A DNA stretch of 62,135 nt from a virus (taxonomy: Duplodnaviria > Caudoviricetes), in the IMG/VR virus record IMGVR_UViG_3300034092_001518, positions 1 to 62,135 of that record. One strand, given 5' to 3'. Position 1 is the stretch's first letter. Every line of letters starts with the position of its first letter. The notes beneath the pieces were generated by a model that made no database searches, was not told the origin of the DNA, and worked only from the letters and a program-made list of their open reading frames with translations. Positions 1-10,694 of the stretch are shown here, one piece after another. A program made the position numbers and the translations under genes.

Positions 1-583
1 GATTAGTATTAGCATCATCAGTATTCAATCCAAAACGTCCACCAATATTATAACCAAAATACCAGTCACCTTCAAATGACCATCCATAGTATCCATTATA
101 AGGACCAGCCCCAGTATACAGCTGCTTATCTTGTCTTAATATGTCTAGCTTAGATGTTCCAGTAACAACCTCTCCGTTTGAGTCAAATATAATATCTAAG
201 TTATTGTCTTGTAAGTATGCATTTGCAGTAATTGCGCTTCTACTCTCAACCAAAGGTATTAATACATTTCCCTTAAGCATTGATATTCTTACGTAATTAA
301 TATAGTCTGGGGGAAGAACCATCTTGAGTTCTTCTCCAAGTTCAAGCTCCATCACCTTAATGTTTCTAAGAGCGTCATAGTTGATTTCTTGTATGGCTCT
401 TTTAGCATGAAATCTTACGGTATATATATCTACGTTATTAACTAGCTTATCGTTACCAACATACATCAACATGAAGTTATTGATTAAATCTTTTAGTGTA
501 ACGTACTGATAACTACCCCAGTTAGCGTCTTGTGGGTTTGTACCGTTATTAGTGTAGTATTGATAGTTAGTTATATATGGCAT
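1..583 (-). CDS. Virion structural protein (head-tail connector/ring-like), N-terminal part; runs off the window edge
   Basis: Translated by hand: ATG at 583, MPYITNYQYYTNNGTNPQDANWGSYQYVTLKDLINNFMLMY...GRFGLNTDDANTN, open to position 1. Directly follows the 587..1345 gene. Confidence 0.7.
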   Translation of the reverse strand, partial: MPYITNYQYYTNNGTNPQDANWGSYQYVTLKDLINNFMLMYVGNDKLVNNVDIYTVRFHAKRAIQEINYDALRNIKVMELELGEELKMVLPPDYINYVRISMLKGNVLIPLVESRSAITANAYLQDNNLDIIFDSNGEVVTGTSKLDILRQDKQLYTGAGPYNGYYGWSFEGDWYFGYNIGGRFGLNTDDANTN

Positions 584-586
584 TTC

Positions 587-1345
587 TTATTGTGTTTGTT
601 GTGCTGACTGTAATTCTTCTGCCTTTGCGTCTTGAACAACTTCAGACTCTCTAATTGATAGTCCAGCATACTGTAATATTTTAGTAACTAAGTTAGCAAA
701 CTCTTCTTGTGGAATTTCAAAATCTTGATGCATTGCATTTGTAGGGTCATACACTGGTTCTCCTCCAACTATAGTAGTGTATGTCCATGATGGATCATAT
801 GGGTATCTAATGTATCTAATCTGTAAATTTGTAGTAGGGTTAGGTGGTAAAACAGGATTCATTAAACTTGTAGGATAAACGGTCAATACTCCTGGAGTAT
901 ATGTCTGAGCACCGCCCAAAACATCAGAACTTAATATATATGCTGGATAGCTTGCATTTGGAGCCGTTAAATTTGAATTTAAAAGATTAAGTATCTTGCT
1001 ATGATCAACTCTAGCTACTTCCGTATTGTTGTTATATATTATTTTTTCAATAAAATAACAATCTTGAGGCATATATAAATTACCTCCAGTTTGATTATAG
1101 CTTAAGCTTTTATACTCAGATAGTCTATCTAAAGTCTCAGATATCCTTTGCGATATATTTGAATGACCTTCACCATGATAACGAGCATTCTGTTTGATCA
1201 TAGCATTGCTATATTCATACATATACTTTTGAAATATATCTAACTGTGCCTGTCTAGCGTAAGCATTAAACTCCATAGGAGTTATGTAACCCCTATTGTC
1301 TTTGTTTAATATAAACATAACGCTATTACGAACCTCGTTTATCAT
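587..1345 (-). CDS. Virion structural protein (putative head-tail adaptor)
   Basis: 252-aa ORF. The N-terminus ILNKDNRGYITPMEFN...AQLDIF resembles structural proteins of Bacteroidota podoviruses; lies downstream of the capsid gene. Confidence 0.6.
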   Translation of the reverse strand: MINEVRNSVMFILNKDNRGYITPMEFNAYARQAQLDIFQKYMYEYSNAMIKQNARYHGEGHSNISQRISETLDRLSEYKSLSYNQTGGNLYMPQDCYFIEKIIYNNNTEVARVDHSKILNLLNSNLTAPNASYPAYILSSDVLGGAQTYTPGVLTVYPTSLMNPVLPPNPTTNLQIRYIRYPYDPSWTYTTIVGGEPVYDPTNAMHQDFEIPQEEFANLVTKILQYAGLSIRESEVVQDAKAEELQSAQQTQ

Positions 1346-1359
1346 GGAAATGCTTTTTA

Positions 1360-1367
1360 CAAAGATA
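1360..1367 (-). promoter_or_regulatory. Bacteroidota-type -7 promoter box TATCTTTG
   Basis: Matches TAnnTTTG, 14 nt upstream of the ATG at 1345. Confidence 0.65.
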
Positions 1368-1371
1368 AATA

Positions 1372-1403
1372 AAAAAAGGCACTTTGTGAGAGTGCCTTTC
1401 TTT
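1372..1403 (-). terminator. Intrinsic terminator
   Basis: Stem AAAGGCACT/AGTGCCTTT with a U-run on the minus strand, after the 1421..1702 gene. Confidence 0.7.
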
Positions 1404-1420
1404 ACTAAAAGTAAGTGCTA

Positions 1421-1702
1421 TTAAGCAATAGCAATACTAGTTACAGCAACTGGTAAACCAGAAACCGTGTATGCAGGTTGAGACCATGCTGTTTGAAGTG
1501 CTGCAATAACTGCGTTTTGGATTGCATCGCGCATTTCTTCTGATCCTACACCTAATGCTGCATGAGCAATTGTAGTTACTTTACCACCACCATAGGTAAT
1601 AACAACCGAGGTATTTGTGCTTTGCTCGATTAATTTGATGTCTGTACAAGACACTAATTGATTTTGCTCGTTAGTAACTGGGATAGATAAAAACTTTTCC
1701 AT
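1421..1702 (-). CDS. Small hypothetical protein, possibly capsid-associated
   Basis: 93-aa ORF with its own TATATTTG box (1734-1741) and a terminator. Confidence 0.6.
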   Translation of the reverse strand: MEKFLSIPVTNEQNQLVSCTDIKLIEQSTNTSVVITYGGGKVTTIAHAALGVGSEEMRDAIQNAVIAALQTAWSQPAYTVSGLPVAVTSIAIA

Positions 1703-1741
1703 TGTCTAAAAATTTAATGGGTGAATAATGACACAAATATA

Positions 1742-2506
1742 CTAATTTTCTGAGAATTTATTTTCTAGAAACTTATACAGGTCTAGACCCTCATCAGACT
1801 GTAAGTAAGCAGACAGTAAGTATACTGGATCCTCTCCAAAAGGAACAGTAAGTAATTTCTTCTTATTGTCCTTTAGATTGTAATAAATCTCTTTTTTATT
1901 GTTTCTGTATGCTAAGTATCCATCAGATATTGCTCTAGCAGCAAAACTAGTTACCTTAATTGTTGGATCGTTTACTGCTTCCATAAAGTCTTGAGGATAT
2001 TTTTTGGCGTATAACATCATGTCTCTTCTGATTTCAGATGTTTTCATCATATCAATAGAACCACCAAGAAGAAGTCTAGCAATTGGCTCTAATTCTTCAA
2101 AAGACATTTCTCTTGCGATTAACTGAGCATCAAGAACATCATACATTTGTTTAATTTCTTGTTGAGCATCTCTTTCTTGATCGAACTCATAAAACTCAGT
2201 GCCATTTCCAGGATGGTAGTGAAGAAATTCTTGTAAAACTGGATTGTTTTTTGGAACATTTAATACTCCATCTTCAAAAATTATTGGTTCAATAATTACA
2301 TTATCTCCTTGTTCATCTTGAAATGGAGAGTTTGCGTTTCTTGCATAACGAAGAGGTCTATTAGTATTTGACTCTTCATCATAGTATAGTAAACGTTTTC
2401 TTGGAGTATCCTTTGATGAAAGGAAATAGGTTAATGGATTTTTGCCATTTTTTAAAAGATATGTCCTATCTTTTGGCTCTAAAACAGATTTTCTTGTTGT
2501 TTTCAT
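1742..2506 (-). CDS. Conserved phage protein downstream of the major capsid gene
   Basis: 254-aa ORF; function not recognised. Confidence 0.65.
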   Translation of the reverse strand: MKTTRKSVLEPKDRTYLLKNGKNPLTYFLSSKDTPRKRLLYYDEESNTNRPLRYARNANSPFQDEQGDNVIIEPIIFEDGVLNVPKNNPVLQEFLHYHPGNGTEFYEFDQERDAQQEIKQMYDVLDAQLIAREMSFEELEPIARLLLGGSIDMMKTSEIRRDMMLYAKKYPQDFMEAVNDPTIKVTSFAARAISDGYLAYRNNKKEIYYNLKDNKKKLLTVPFGEDPVYLLSAYLQSDEGLDLYKFLENKFSEN

Positions 2507-2532
2507 TTGATATAATTTAATTTATTAATAAT

Positions 2533-2561
2533 AAAAAAGGGAGAGGCACTAGGCCCCTCCC
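2533..2561 (-). terminator. Intrinsic terminator after the major capsid gene
   Basis: GGGAG-AGGC/GCC-CCTCCC hairpin followed by a U-run on the minus strand. Confidence 0.65.
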
Positions 2562-2572
2562 GATTTTTTCAA

Positions 2573-4021
2573 TTATCCCTTGAAGATAACAAAGTTGTTA
2601 GCACCAAGTGTACAAAGCGCTCTCTCAGACAAGAAGTTAACTTGCATTGCATCGAGGTCGCTAGTTGCAGCACCACCAGCTGAACCAGTCATCCAGGTTT
2701 TGTATCTACGATCTTCAGCCTCAGAAGCTCGGTAACGAACGTGTAAGAACGGTCGTCTAGCATTTTTACCAAGAACTTGATCGTATACAGTCATTGTTCC
2801 AGCAGGAACCAACACACCGTTAACTACACCACCAACTAAACCTCCACGAAGAGTTGCATCGTTAAGGTATTTCCAGTCAGTTTTGTAGAACTCGTATCCT
2901 CTCTTGAATCCAGAGAAACCAAGGTTCAATGCCATCTCCTCGCTGTTATCAAATAAACCATAAGAAGTACCACCAGCTCCGTAAGAGTTCTGAGCAGCCA
3001 ACATATCATCGATATCGAAAGAGAACTGACGATTCAAGAACAATACGTTTTCTGCAATAGCACCTTGCTTGTCAAGTCTTTGAATAATAGTATCAAAGTC
3101 AGCCAATGAAGATGGGTTACCACCAGACCAAACATTTCCTCTATCTTCGATTTCATAGAACAAACCTTTTGTACCAGCAGCAGTTGAACCAGGTCCAGAA
3201 CCAGGAGCAGAAGCCGTAGCAGGAGAAAGATATGCCAATGCATCAGAACCAGCTTCAGCAGGAACACCTTCAACCATCATCATTTCAAGGTAGTCCTCAA
3301 AACGAAGACGAGTTTCGTGCTCTGACTTCATGTACCACAAGTAACCAGTAGCTCCGTTTTCAGTAGTTACTTCAACCCATCCAACTTGAGCCATATCAGA
3401 ACCAGATACAGTATAAGTATCTTTAATGATAACTGGCTTAACATCGAAGAATAAATCTTGAGCTTCTAAAGATCCTTGCATTCCACTAGTTCCTTTTCCA
3501 AACTCAGAACCATATACAAAAGCTGTAACTAATTCTGTAGTAATGGTAAATGGAGAACCAGAAGCCTCATAGAATTTAACTTCAAAAGTTGAGTTTGAAG
3601 CTAAACCATCAGCAATACCTACTCTTGAAATAACTGCTTTAGCAGAGTTTGCAGCTACAGTTTGAGATGATAAAAATACTGTTTGATTTTTTCTGAAGTT
3701 ACAAATAGCACCTCCAGGAATAGTAAATTCAGCAGTATCTGAACCAGCCGCATCGTCTGGAACAACATTAGTGTATTTAGTATGTAAACGACCTTGCTCT
3801 GCCCATTTAATCATGTCAGAGTTTGTAGGAAGTTCAGCACCAACCATACGCAAGAAAGATGCGATTGATCTGTTTCCATAACGCTCAAATTCTTGCTCAT
3901 AAGTATCGGGAAGATACTGATTTAAGAAGTTGAAGTTTGTAATATAGTTTGTAGGCAATGTTGCCTTCACTGAGCTAGGGGTAATCGCTACACCTGGGCT
4001 CGTTTGTAATGTACCACTCAT
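2573..4021 (-). CDS. Major capsid protein
   Basis: 482 aa. QYLPDTYEQEFERYGNRSIASFLRMVGAE...WAEQGRLH and C-terminal FLSERALCTLGANNF are typical of Bacteroidota podovirus capsid proteins. Lies after portal and scaffold and has its own terminator. Confidence 0.85.
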   Translation of the reverse strand: MSGTLQTSPGVAITPSSVKATLPTNYITNFNFLNQYLPDTYEQEFERYGNRSIASFLRMVGAELPTNSDMIKWAEQGRLHTKYTNVVPDDAAGSDTAEFTIPGGAICNFRKNQTVFLSSQTVAANSAKAVISRVGIADGLASNSTFEVKFYEASGSPFTITTELVTAFVYGSEFGKGTSGMQGSLEAQDLFFDVKPVIIKDTYTVSGSDMAQVGWVEVTTENGATGYLWYMKSEHETRLRFEDYLEMMMVEGVPAEAGSDALAYLSPATASAPGSGPGSTAAGTKGLFYEIEDRGNVWSGGNPSSLADFDTIIQRLDKQGAIAENVLFLNRQFSFDIDDMLAAQNSYGAGGTSYGLFDNSEEMALNLGFSGFKRGYEFYKTDWKYLNDATLRGGLVGGVVNGVLVPAGTMTVYDQVLGKNARRPFLHVRYRASEAEDRRYKTWMTGSAGGAATSDLDAMQVNFLSERALCTLGANNFVIFKG

Positions 4022-4032
4022 TTTTTAAAGTT

Positions 4033-5127
4033 TTAACGTTTTTTAATTACTAACCTGCTTCCTCTGTCTGGGTCTATTACTCTAATTTTTACCCCTTCTG
4101 TAGGTGTAACTTGTGGCGACTGACGAGTCATATCAATATTTTTAGACTCTTTAGCAACAGTTCCAACCGCATCTGCCATTCCTTTTTCATAGAAAAATTT
4201 AGCAAACTTGTCGGGGTTTTTAGCTATAGCAATAGAACGATGGAAGGCCTCAGCATCAGCAAGGTAACCATTATCATCAAGGAATTGTGAAACAAAGCTC
4301 CTTAAATCATTTTGTTCTTGCAATAAAGCTTTTGCATCTCCAGGTTTGTAAACCAACTTTTTATTTTCATCTAACTTAAATTTGAAACCTTCAAAATTAT
4401 CAGAGAAAAGCTCTTGAGTTTTTTTAGAGAAGTATTCAGCTTTTTTCATGCTATCTTCTTCCGCAGACTTGGAAGACTCTTTATATCTCTTATAAGCATC
4501 ATAGTTTTCTTTTTCTTCCTGTGGAACAAATGATTCCCTTGACTCAAGCGGAACTTTATATTGCTCTTTAAGGTCGTTAAAGTACTTTTTAGCTTTTGAG
4601 AGCTCTTTTTTCTTTGCTAATTTTTTTTTCTTGATGTCTTTTTCATCATCAAAATCTTCATCATAAGCAAATCTATCTGAAACATCAAACCTAATGTCTT
4701 CTGGTTCAAGATCTGGATTTTGCTCTCGTTGATATTCAAAAAGCAAAGAGTCTTCGTCCATTTCATCGTAGTTTTTATTCAGCTGAATAAAATCTTCAAT
4801 TCCACGTCCTGTTTCTTTTTTATACTTTAGAAATGCAGAAACATCTTCAGGTAATTCCTCGTTCTGTTGTCTCTGCTCAAATAACTCATCTAAGTTATTT
4901 ATTTCTCTATTGTACCTTTTACCAATATATGAAAGAACTTTATTATCATCAATTTCATCAACAATTGTCTCTACACTGTTGGGGGTATCAACAACTGTCT
5001 CAATAGTTTCTACTGGTTCAGTTGCAACAACATTTGATTCATCGTGTTGTTTTAACAACTGTTCCTCTACCTCGGCAACAGATTTTTCTTCAAAGTCTAC
5101 CGCTCTTACTTTAATTTCTCCTTCCAT
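4033..5127 (-). CDS. Putative capsid scaffolding/assembly protein
   Basis: 364 aa, very acidic and coiled-coil-like, immediately upstream of the capsid gene; TAACTTTG box at 5149-5156. Confidence 0.6.
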   Translation of the reverse strand: MEGEIKVRAVDFEEKSVAEVEEQLLKQHDESNVVATEPVETIETVVDTPNSVETIVDEIDDNKVLSYIGKRYNREINNLDELFEQRQQNEELPEDVSAFLKYKKETGRGIEDFIQLNKNYDEMDEDSLLFEYQREQNPDLEPEDIRFDVSDRFAYDEDFDDEKDIKKKKLAKKKELSKAKKYFNDLKEQYKVPLESRESFVPQEEKENYDAYKRYKESSKSAEEDSMKKAEYFSKKTQELFSDNFEGFKFKLDENKKLVYKPGDAKALLQEQNDLRSFVSQFLDDNGYLADAEAFHRSIAIAKNPDKFAKFFYEKGMADAVGTVAKESKNIDMTRQSPQVTPTEGVKIRVIDPDRGSRLVIKKR

Positions 5128-5168
5128 TTTTATTCGATTTAATTTTTACAAAGTTAATAATTATTTTA

Positions 5169-5801
5169 TTATTCATTTTCGTAGAACATTGACTGCGAAT
5201 CTTCTGTGTGCCACTTCTCATAACCTTCGCAATTAAAGTATTCATTGTTCACTAAATAGTTTGGTTTTTCTGGGAATGGTTTTGTAACAAATGAAGGTTC
5301 AGACCATTTTATTCTATTGTTTGGTTGAAGCGCTATCTGACCATTGTCAAGAAGTATAATGTGATGTGATTTATGCTCAAGCCCATCCTCAGCTAATGAA
5401 AGGTCGGTATTTAAATCGTTAGCACCCCAGTTTATTGTAGCATAATAACTTCCTTGATACCAATTTCTATCTTTCATATATACTTCAACTTTTGTGTCAT
5501 AAACATAAGAAAGATGTAATAAAGTAAAATTATATGAAAAACAATTCCATATTTGAAGATAATGAAATGGTAAATCTGGGCTTGGTGTTTTAGGTTCTGT
5601 TAATAAAGCATGAGATGGCAACTTATCTCTCATTACACCATTATCTAAAAGAACTTGAAATAAAGCTGCCTGACCTGGCATACACCTAACCGACATTATT
5701 ACTCCAGGAGTGAACTCACCATGCCCCTCTTTAAATTGATACATATACTCATTCCTTACAAATACTTTGAGAGGGAAAAAGTTGTGCTCTATATATGCCA
5801 T
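5169..5801 (-). CDS. Hypothetical phage protein
   Basis: 210-aa ORF between portal and scaffold. Confidence 0.65.
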   Translation of the reverse strand: MAYIEHNFFPLKVFVRNEYMYQFKEGHGEFTPGVIMSVRCMPGQAALFQVLLDNGVMRDKLPSHALLTEPKTPSPDLPFHYLQIWNCFSYNFTLLHLSYVYDTKVEVYMKDRNWYQGSYYATINWGANDLNTDLSLAEDGLEHKSHHIILLDNGQIALQPNNRIKWSEPSFVTKPFPEKPNYLVNNEYFNCEGYEKWHTEDSQSMFYENE

Positions 5802-5802
5802 T

Positions 5803-6036
5803 CTATTTGTTTCGGTGCTTAACCCTCTTGGTTATTGGTATATGTATACCTAAAGATATTTCAGTTTCTGGCCTGTATCCAGTTCCAGCGCTTTGATTCA
5901 CATCAAATGTCATTGGACCCTTCTCAATATGAACACCATAGTTAGCATCAAATCTATTTTTGTCAGCGCTTCCAGAAAGATAAGGATTTATCTTTATTTT
6001 TTCTTTTGTTGTAGTAACTGTTGTTCTGTTTTTCAT
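5803..6036 (-). CDS. Small hypothetical protein starting MKNRTTVTTT
   Basis: The likely start is the ATG at 6036, just after the portal stop, rather than 6057. Confidence 0.55.
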   Translation of the reverse strand: MKNRTTVTTTKEKIKINPYLSGSADKNRFDANYGVHIEKGPMTFDVNQSAGTGYRPETEISLGIHIPITKRVKHRNK

Positions 6037-6043
6037 GTTCTTA

Positions 6044-8473
6044 TTATTTAGGTCCAAAAGATTCTAAGTCAAATCCATCTAAAGAATCTTCTGTGCTTTC
6101 AAAATCAATAGGAGGAAGATTATTCTTTCTCTGATTAATTAATTCAGATTGTCTTGAAGCCTGTAAGTCAATTCTTTTGTCTTTTGCTTTTTCTTTCTCT
6201 TGTTCTCTTGTTTTTAATTGCTCTGCATCTATGCCCTTTAATTGCATGTTATATTGAAACTCAAGAGCCATTAACTCTCTTTTCATTTCTGCTTCGGCTT
6301 GCATTTTCATTATCTCATAATTTGCCTCTGCCTCTTTAAGTTGAATCTTACTTTGAGCTTCCATCTGTAACAATTGAGCCTTAGACTCAGCTGCCGCTTG
6401 TTGAGACTGAATATTTGTTTGAGATTGCATCTGAAACTCCATTTGCTTTTGTTGCTGCTGATACTCCATTCTCTTTTTTCGCTTCAACTTCAAAAGCTCA
6501 TTGGCCATCTTAATATTCTTGATATTTCTAATATCAATAGCATCCTCTAAGTCAATAGTTTGTTGCTGTAATGCAACCTGAATATTGGCCTCAAGCATTT
6601 GTCTTTCTTCTTCATCTGGAGAAAGATCGATGAATATACCAAAATCAAATAAGTATAAGTCCTTAATTTCTCCAAGTATAGCTAAATTGTATTTACCTAT
6701 CTGCATGGCAAACTGCTCAGAGAAATCTGAATACTCCATAATGTCGGCAACTCGTATCGAAATACACTCCGCCATTCTTTTTGTTATGTTTAAGTTTGCC
6801 TCTAAAATATGTCTAGTTGCAGTATTAGAGTTTAATGCCGCTAACTTCTGTATTCCAACCAAAGCGTCTGGGTGAGGCATTGTGCCATCTCTAGCCTCAT
6901 TGATTCCCGTAACGTCTCTAATCATGTTTAAATAATGATTATAGTTGTTAATCAAAGAAGACATTTTGCCTTGTCCACTATTAGTGTTTAGTTCTTGTAT
7001 AGGTATCCTTGCATTATTAAACTCACCATCTTGCGTGTAGCTACGTCCTATGACACTACCCGTTTGAAAATATAACTTAAGAGCGTCCTCTGGATTGTAC
7101 GCAGCTCCAGTTCCAAGGTCTACCTCGTTAATACCATCAGCATCGATAAATACTCCGTCTGGAACTACTCTAGCTGTAACTTGTTGAAGCTTTAAGTGAG
7201 TTAACTGAATTTGATCTGCAAATGGAATCATTCTTCTTACAAGCGACTCCATCATTCCTTTGTACATACGAGGAGCAAAACCAATATAGTTAGGGTAAGC
7301 CTTTTGACTTGCTGACTTTGGTCTAACCATATTTTTCATCATCTCCCACTTAAGCATGATGTTTGTCCCAGCTACAAGAACACCTTCGTACCATACATCC
7401 CTAACCGCCTCAACCTTTTCAAACTGCATTCCTTCTTCCATAGGTGGGTTAAACTCCTCACCTTTTCTAATTACTCTTTCGCCACCATTATCTAATATTT
7501 TCTTTTTCCAAACAAATTTCTTAGAAGCTTTGTAGTTAAAGTAAATAAGAGTAACTATTTCATTTAAAAAATAATCATCTTGATAATTTCTAATAATCGG
7601 GAAATATGTATACCAAGCAGAACTAGTGCTGCGAATCTCATTCAATTGCTCTTCAGTAAGGCTTGGATCTATCTTTAAAAGCTCAGTATAATGCATCTGC
7701 TTAACTTCTCCAAAATAGTAACAATCAGAAAAGTCATTTTTTTCCGTATAACTATGAATCCAGTTGGCTGGGTCTACATACTCAACCTTTAATCCATCAT
7801 TGATTAGAAATGAATGTTTTATAACAGATACACCCAAAGTTACAAGGTCATAATCTATAAGCTTTCTTAGCTCCTTGTAGTCGTTCATTTCAAGAACAGT
7901 ATTAATCGCAACCTCGCTTGCAATCTCTACACTAGGCTTGTATTTAAGCTGCATGTATAGCTCTAGCTCTTGATCATTTTCTGGTAACTCGTTAGGGTTT
8001 ACATTAAAAGCGTCTACACCAAACTGTTCTTTCGTCATCATCAAGAAATCTTTTGCCAACATGTCGGACTCAATCATTTCTTGAAAAGCATTCTTTTTTT
8101 CGGCAGACATAACGTCTTGAGCCTCTGTCCTAATTTCAAATAATCTGTCGGACATTCCGTTTACAACAACGTCAACAAACTTAGGGATAATTGGAACTGG
8201 TGTCCAGTCTAAGTTCATCATAGACATGTCACCATTAATAGCTAGCTCATCTTTATACTTCTGTACTGGTTGCTGACCACGAGCATACAATCTAAGCCTG
8301 TGGTACTCTCCCCACTGGTCGTAGAATCTACAAGTATTGTTTTTACGTTTAAACCATTCCCCCTCAATAGCCTTCCCTACCTTTAAACCGTATTCAAATG
8401 TTTGTTTCTCTTCATCCGTTACCATTTGACTTGGAAACGGATTTTGATATATTATAACAGATGGTTTTTCCAT
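6044..8473 (-). CDS. Portal protein
   Basis: 809 aa directly after the terminase; LDWTPVPIIPKFVDVVVNG and MIRDVTGINEARDG motifs; Q-rich coiled-coil C-terminus as in podovirus portals. Confidence 0.85.
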   Translation of the reverse strand: MEKPSVIIYQNPFPSQMVTDEEKQTFEYGLKVGKAIEGEWFKRKNNTCRFYDQWGEYHRLRLYARGQQPVQKYKDELAINGDMSMMNLDWTPVPIIPKFVDVVVNGMSDRLFEIRTEAQDVMSAEKKNAFQEMIESDMLAKDFLMMTKEQFGVDAFNVNPNELPENDQELELYMQLKYKPSVEIASEVAINTVLEMNDYKELRKLIDYDLVTLGVSVIKHSFLINDGLKVEYVDPANWIHSYTEKNDFSDCYYFGEVKQMHYTELLKIDPSLTEEQLNEIRSTSSAWYTYFPIIRNYQDDYFLNEIVTLIYFNYKASKKFVWKKKILDNGGERVIRKGEEFNPPMEEGMQFEKVEAVRDVWYEGVLVAGTNIMLKWEMMKNMVRPKSASQKAYPNYIGFAPRMYKGMMESLVRRMIPFADQIQLTHLKLQQVTARVVPDGVFIDADGINEVDLGTGAAYNPEDALKLYFQTGSVIGRSYTQDGEFNNARIPIQELNTNSGQGKMSSLINNYNHYLNMIRDVTGINEARDGTMPHPDALVGIQKLAALNSNTATRHILEANLNITKRMAECISIRVADIMEYSDFSEQFAMQIGKYNLAILGEIKDLYLFDFGIFIDLSPDEEERQMLEANIQVALQQQTIDLEDAIDIRNIKNIKMANELLKLKRKKRMEYQQQQKQMEFQMQSQTNIQSQQAAAESKAQLLQMEAQSKIQLKEAEANYEIMKMQAEAEMKRELMALEFQYNMQLKGIDAEQLKTREQEKEKAKDKRIDLQASRQSELINQRKNNLPPIDFESTEDSLDGFDLESFGPK

Positions 8474-8474
8474 T

Positions 8475-10694
8475 CTATTCTATAATTTTGCTGTGACTGC
8501 CCTGATTATTATATCTTACAAATTTAATACTAATTTTTGATTCTTTTCTTTCTGGAGTAAACATGTGTTTTCTGTTTGCCATTATGGCTAATCCAGAACT
8601 AATTGAAGCATCATATTTAGTTCTATTTGTAGGATCAAACCTGGCCCAATCTTCTAAAGTTCTATTGAAGTACATTGATCCTATAACATCATTATCTCTA
8701 TATGTACCTTCAGAGTCAAAGCCTACATACTCTTCTATATACGACTCGATACAAGAAGCATGTGCCTGCCTTATATCTTCGCTAGAGTTAGGTATTCCGC
8801 CAATTTCAATCTCGGTTTTAGATAGTTTAGTTATGTTCTTGTCTGGTCTATTCATTGAGAATCCTCTATAACCTCTGTTTTTAAAATGATATAACAATCT
8901 AGCTTTATTATTCTCTGCTAGTATAGGCATACCATAAAAATGACAAGCCATTAAAACATCCTCAAAAAATATCTCAGCAGTCTGTGGCCTAGCTACATAC
9001 TCTAAAAAAAACTCATTTGTTGGTCCTTCTGACATGTGAAACGTTGTCATACCATGCAGAGCACCATTAGAGCCACCTCCTCCAACAACACCAGATATAT
9101 CATAGGGGTCACAACCAAACGCCCCCATATGTTCATTGCCAGGGTATTTTTTTCCATTTCTTGTTATTACGTTATTTCTCAAGTTCTGTTTAGGTATCCA
9201 AGATACTAAAAATCTACCATTCTTATCTGGAGTCCAAATAACCTCGGTATCTTTTTCACCATTCTTCCAGTGAAAATAACCTCTAGTCAAAAACTTTTCT
9301 TTGATTAGAGAGTCATTATAATCAATCTGCTGATATATCTTGGTTAGGTTAAATATTGATTGCTTTGACTCATCTCTAAATGCGTGAGACTCTGTCCTAG
9401 GGAACTGTCTGTAGAATTCATTGAGTGCATCAGAATCAGACTTTAAAGCGTTTACCTCATTGTTCCACCAAGTTATAACCCCAGTTTTTATTATCTCTCC
9501 ATCTATCCCTTTTACTGGTTTATCTGGATTCTCAAAAACTGGCCATCCATACTCGTCTATATATCCCTCAACGTTCCACTCCATAGGTATAAACAAAGAA
9601 TACAGTCCGCTCTTTGTTTGATCGTTTGCTGATCTTTGTAATATATTACTATCGTTGTATAGCTTCTTGAAGTTTTCTCCACCCTTTGGAAGAGCATTTG
9701 ATGTAGAACCCATCATACACTTACCTATAATCTTGGCTCCAAGTCTTAAACAAGTTTTAGTGACTCTCCAGTTATTTAATATGTTCTCTGGCTTTTCCCA
9801 CTTACCGCTCTCGTCATGCACTAATAGTAAAAGCTTTTCACCGTCATAACTGTTGTCCGCAGTATTCTTCCAGTCTATTGTTGTATCTAGTCCCTCAATA
9901 TCCTCAGTCTTTTCTTCGTCCATGTTCTTTCTAGTAATTTTACTAGCAGGGACACGAAACGCCAACTCAGTCTTTGGATTATCCATACCGTCCTGAATAG
10001 GCTTAAAGAAAAAAGGATAATTTCTGATAATAGGTACAACCTTATCCGTAAACATCTTTTTTGCATCGCTACCTGTTTTTGATAGTATTCCAATACGAGA
10101 GTCTCTTACTATTGTACCAGTATTACATGACTCAGCAGAACTCATAAATGAAAATCCAGAACGCCTGTTCTTTAAGTAACACATCCCAAAAGACCTGTTG
10201 TCTGCTTTACACGCTTCCCAGTATATGTAGAATATTCTATTAGACTCTCTAAAGTCTGGAAGACCAATATCAATTTTAGTCCACTGTAAATACATATAGT
10301 GAGTTCCAGTTATGTACGTAGGTATTTTATTGTTTATAAACCAAAAACCGTTCTCCCTTCTGTCAAACTCCTTCTCTATGTAGTCTACATACTGACCCTT
10401 AAATACATTGTCTTTTCTGTTCCAGTCAAAGATTGTTTTAATTTTCTGAAGCTCTTTAGGGTATTCCTCAGAAACCCATCTTGATCCTCTGTCTTCAACC
10501 TTATCAGGAACTGATGGTAACGCAACCTTTAAACCACATATGTTATATATGTCTCCTACAGTTCCGTCTTTTGATATAACGACAAGGTCGTATTCTTTAT
10601 TGTAACCATACTCCCAGTTCTTTCTTTTGTTTTTATTTACAACCGTTGACTTACTTACGTAATCCTCAAGAACTGTGTACAGATTATTTTCCAT
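8475..10694 (-). CDS. terL: Terminase large subunit
   Basis: 739 aa; Walker A-like KNRRSGFS, Walker B LLLLVHDESGK, and nuclease-domain motifs GAFGCDPYD and YDASISSGLA. Confidence 0.9.
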   Translation of the reverse strand: MENNLYTVLEDYVSKSTVVNKNKRKNWEYGYNKEYDLVVISKDGTVGDIYNICGLKVALPSVPDKVEDRGSRWVSEEYPKELQKIKTIFDWNRKDNVFKGQYVDYIEKEFDRRENGFWFINNKIPTYITGTHYMYLQWTKIDIGLPDFRESNRIFYIYWEACKADNRSFGMCYLKNRRSGFSFMSSAESCNTGTIVRDSRIGILSKTGSDAKKMFTDKVVPIIRNYPFFFKPIQDGMDNPKTELAFRVPASKITRKNMDEEKTEDIEGLDTTIDWKNTADNSYDGEKLLLLVHDESGKWEKPENILNNWRVTKTCLRLGAKIIGKCMMGSTSNALPKGGENFKKLYNDSNILQRSANDQTKSGLYSLFIPMEWNVEGYIDEYGWPVFENPDKPVKGIDGEIIKTGVITWWNNEVNALKSDSDALNEFYRQFPRTESHAFRDESKQSIFNLTKIYQQIDYNDSLIKEKFLTRGYFHWKNGEKDTEVIWTPDKNGRFLVSWIPKQNLRNNVITRNGKKYPGNEHMGAFGCDPYDISGVVGGGGSNGALHGMTTFHMSEGPTNEFFLEYVARPQTAEIFFEDVLMACHFYGMPILAENNKARLLYHFKNRGYRGFSMNRPDKNITKLSKTEIEIGGIPNSSEDIRQAHASCIESYIEEYVGFDSEGTYRDNDVIGSMYFNRTLEDWARFDPTNRTKYDASISSGLAIMANRKHMFTPERKESKISIKFVRYNNQGSHSKIIE